A stretch of 64,000 nt of DNA from Callorhinchus milii. Taxonomy: Eukaryota. Both the position numbers and the translations under genes were made by a program. Within the stretch, counting starts at the first letter, position 1. The number at the start of each line of letters is the position of its first letter. This document shows positions 63,040 through 64,000 of this stretch, one piece after another. The notes under the pieces are model-generated. The model had not been told where the DNA came from. It searched no databases and worked only from the letters and a program-made list of their open reading frames with translations. The DNA is taken from positions 66,094,001 through 66,158,000 of the forward strand of contig NW_024704742.1 in the NCBI RefSeq assembly GCF_018977255.1. The letters run 5' to 3'.

Positions 63040-63465
63040 TCATCGCCTCTGAGTCAGAAGGTTGTGGGTTCAAGCCCCACGTCAGGACTTGGAATCTCAT
63101 TGTCGAAGCTGATACTCGAATACAGTGCTGGGGGTGGGGGATGAGCGGGGTTGTCTTGTCAGAGGTGATGTCCTTCAGATGAGACATTAAACCGAGGTCT
63201 CATCTGCCTGTTCAGGTGGACGTTAAAGATCTCATGGCACTACTCAAAAAGAGAAAGGAGTTTCTCCTGTTGTTCTGGTCAACAATCTCACCCCAAAAAA
63301 TCGGTCACTCACTCCATGGCTCTTTGTGGATCATCTGCTGTGCACAAAACTGGCTGCCACATTACTCCCACAACGTAAACAGTCACTGCACTTTGCAATA
63401 CATCCTGTGAAGTGCTCGATGAACGTAATAAAGTACAATATCAATGTAAGGATTAGGTTATTATG
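63040..63465 (+). mobile_element. SINE B
   Basis: TCGCCTCTGAGTCAGAAGGTTGTGGGTTCAAGCCCCAC, then Deu domain and tail. Confidence 0.82.
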
Positions 63466-63622
63466 CTTTAGGCACGCTTTATTTCCCTTTGGAACTGATG
63501 GGCTAGAGATACAAATGCAGCTCATCCCTCCAGTGCATAAACTCTTCCATCCACTGCATCCAATACTATTGTATTTTGAAGGATACTAGCGTTTTTGCCT
63601 GTATAACCCCTCTACATATCAG

Positions 63623-64000
63623 GTGTCAGCATGGCTCAGTGGTAGCACTCACATTTCTGAGTCAGAAGGTTGTGATTTCAAGCCAGGCTACAGGACTTTG
63701 AATGCACAGCCCAAGTTGACACCCCATTTCAGTGGTGGGAGTGTATTGTTGGAGGTGCAGTCCTTCGGATGAACTGATATCACGTGAACTGCCTGTTCAA
63801 CTGAACTTTAAAGATCCTGTGGCACTATTCAAAAAGAGAAGGGAGTTTCTCCCAGTGTCCTGGTCAACAATATTTCATATAAAATCAGTTATTTACTTCA
63901 TGGCTGTTTGTGGGACATTGCTGTGCACAAAGTGCAAGCTGTGCTCACCTCCAAAATACCAAATCTCTACACTTCACAGGTAAAATCCTGTGAAGTGTTT
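63623..64000 (+). mobile_element. SINE B, runs off the window end
   Basis: GTGTCAGCATGGCTCAGTGGTAGCACTC, followed by the Deu domain. Confidence 0.82.

Noticed and set aside
1..64000. CRISPR array, operon or other prokaryotic/viral system
   Set aside because: The recurring sequences are dispersed, diverged SINE and LINE copies on both strands, not regularly spaced repeat-spacer units. There are no gene-dense ORFs.

Overview
Eukaryotic, repeat-dense non-coding DNA (intron or intergenic), most likely from a cartilaginous fish and possibly a chimaera. This is inferred from SacSINE1-like DeuSINEs, shark-type CR1 fragments and shark-type Penelope repeats, all recognised from memory. I found no convincing host protein-coding exon. 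The only real protein signal in the ORF track is decayed retrotransposon ORF2 (L2, CR1 and one RTE-X-like C-terminus). By eye, about half the window is retroelements. These comprise: (A) a young tRNA-Ala-headed SINE with full-length and internally deleted forms; (B) an older SacSINE1-like DeuSINE sharing the same 3' tail; 5'-truncated L2 LINEs whose 3' end matches the SINE tail; CR1 3' fragments; a dispersed family of about 600 bp that looks like the 3' end of an RTE-X-like LINE; and Penelope-like terminal repeats with hammerhead-ribozyme cores. The most interesting items are the tandem hammerhead motifs (31184-31562), the chimeric SINE A, the RTE-X-like family, an isolated hairpin (58101-58196) and several TE-free islands that may be regulatory. 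I cannot support a claim of a wholly new biological system. Repeat boundaries were read by eye and are approximate (about +/-10-20 bp).
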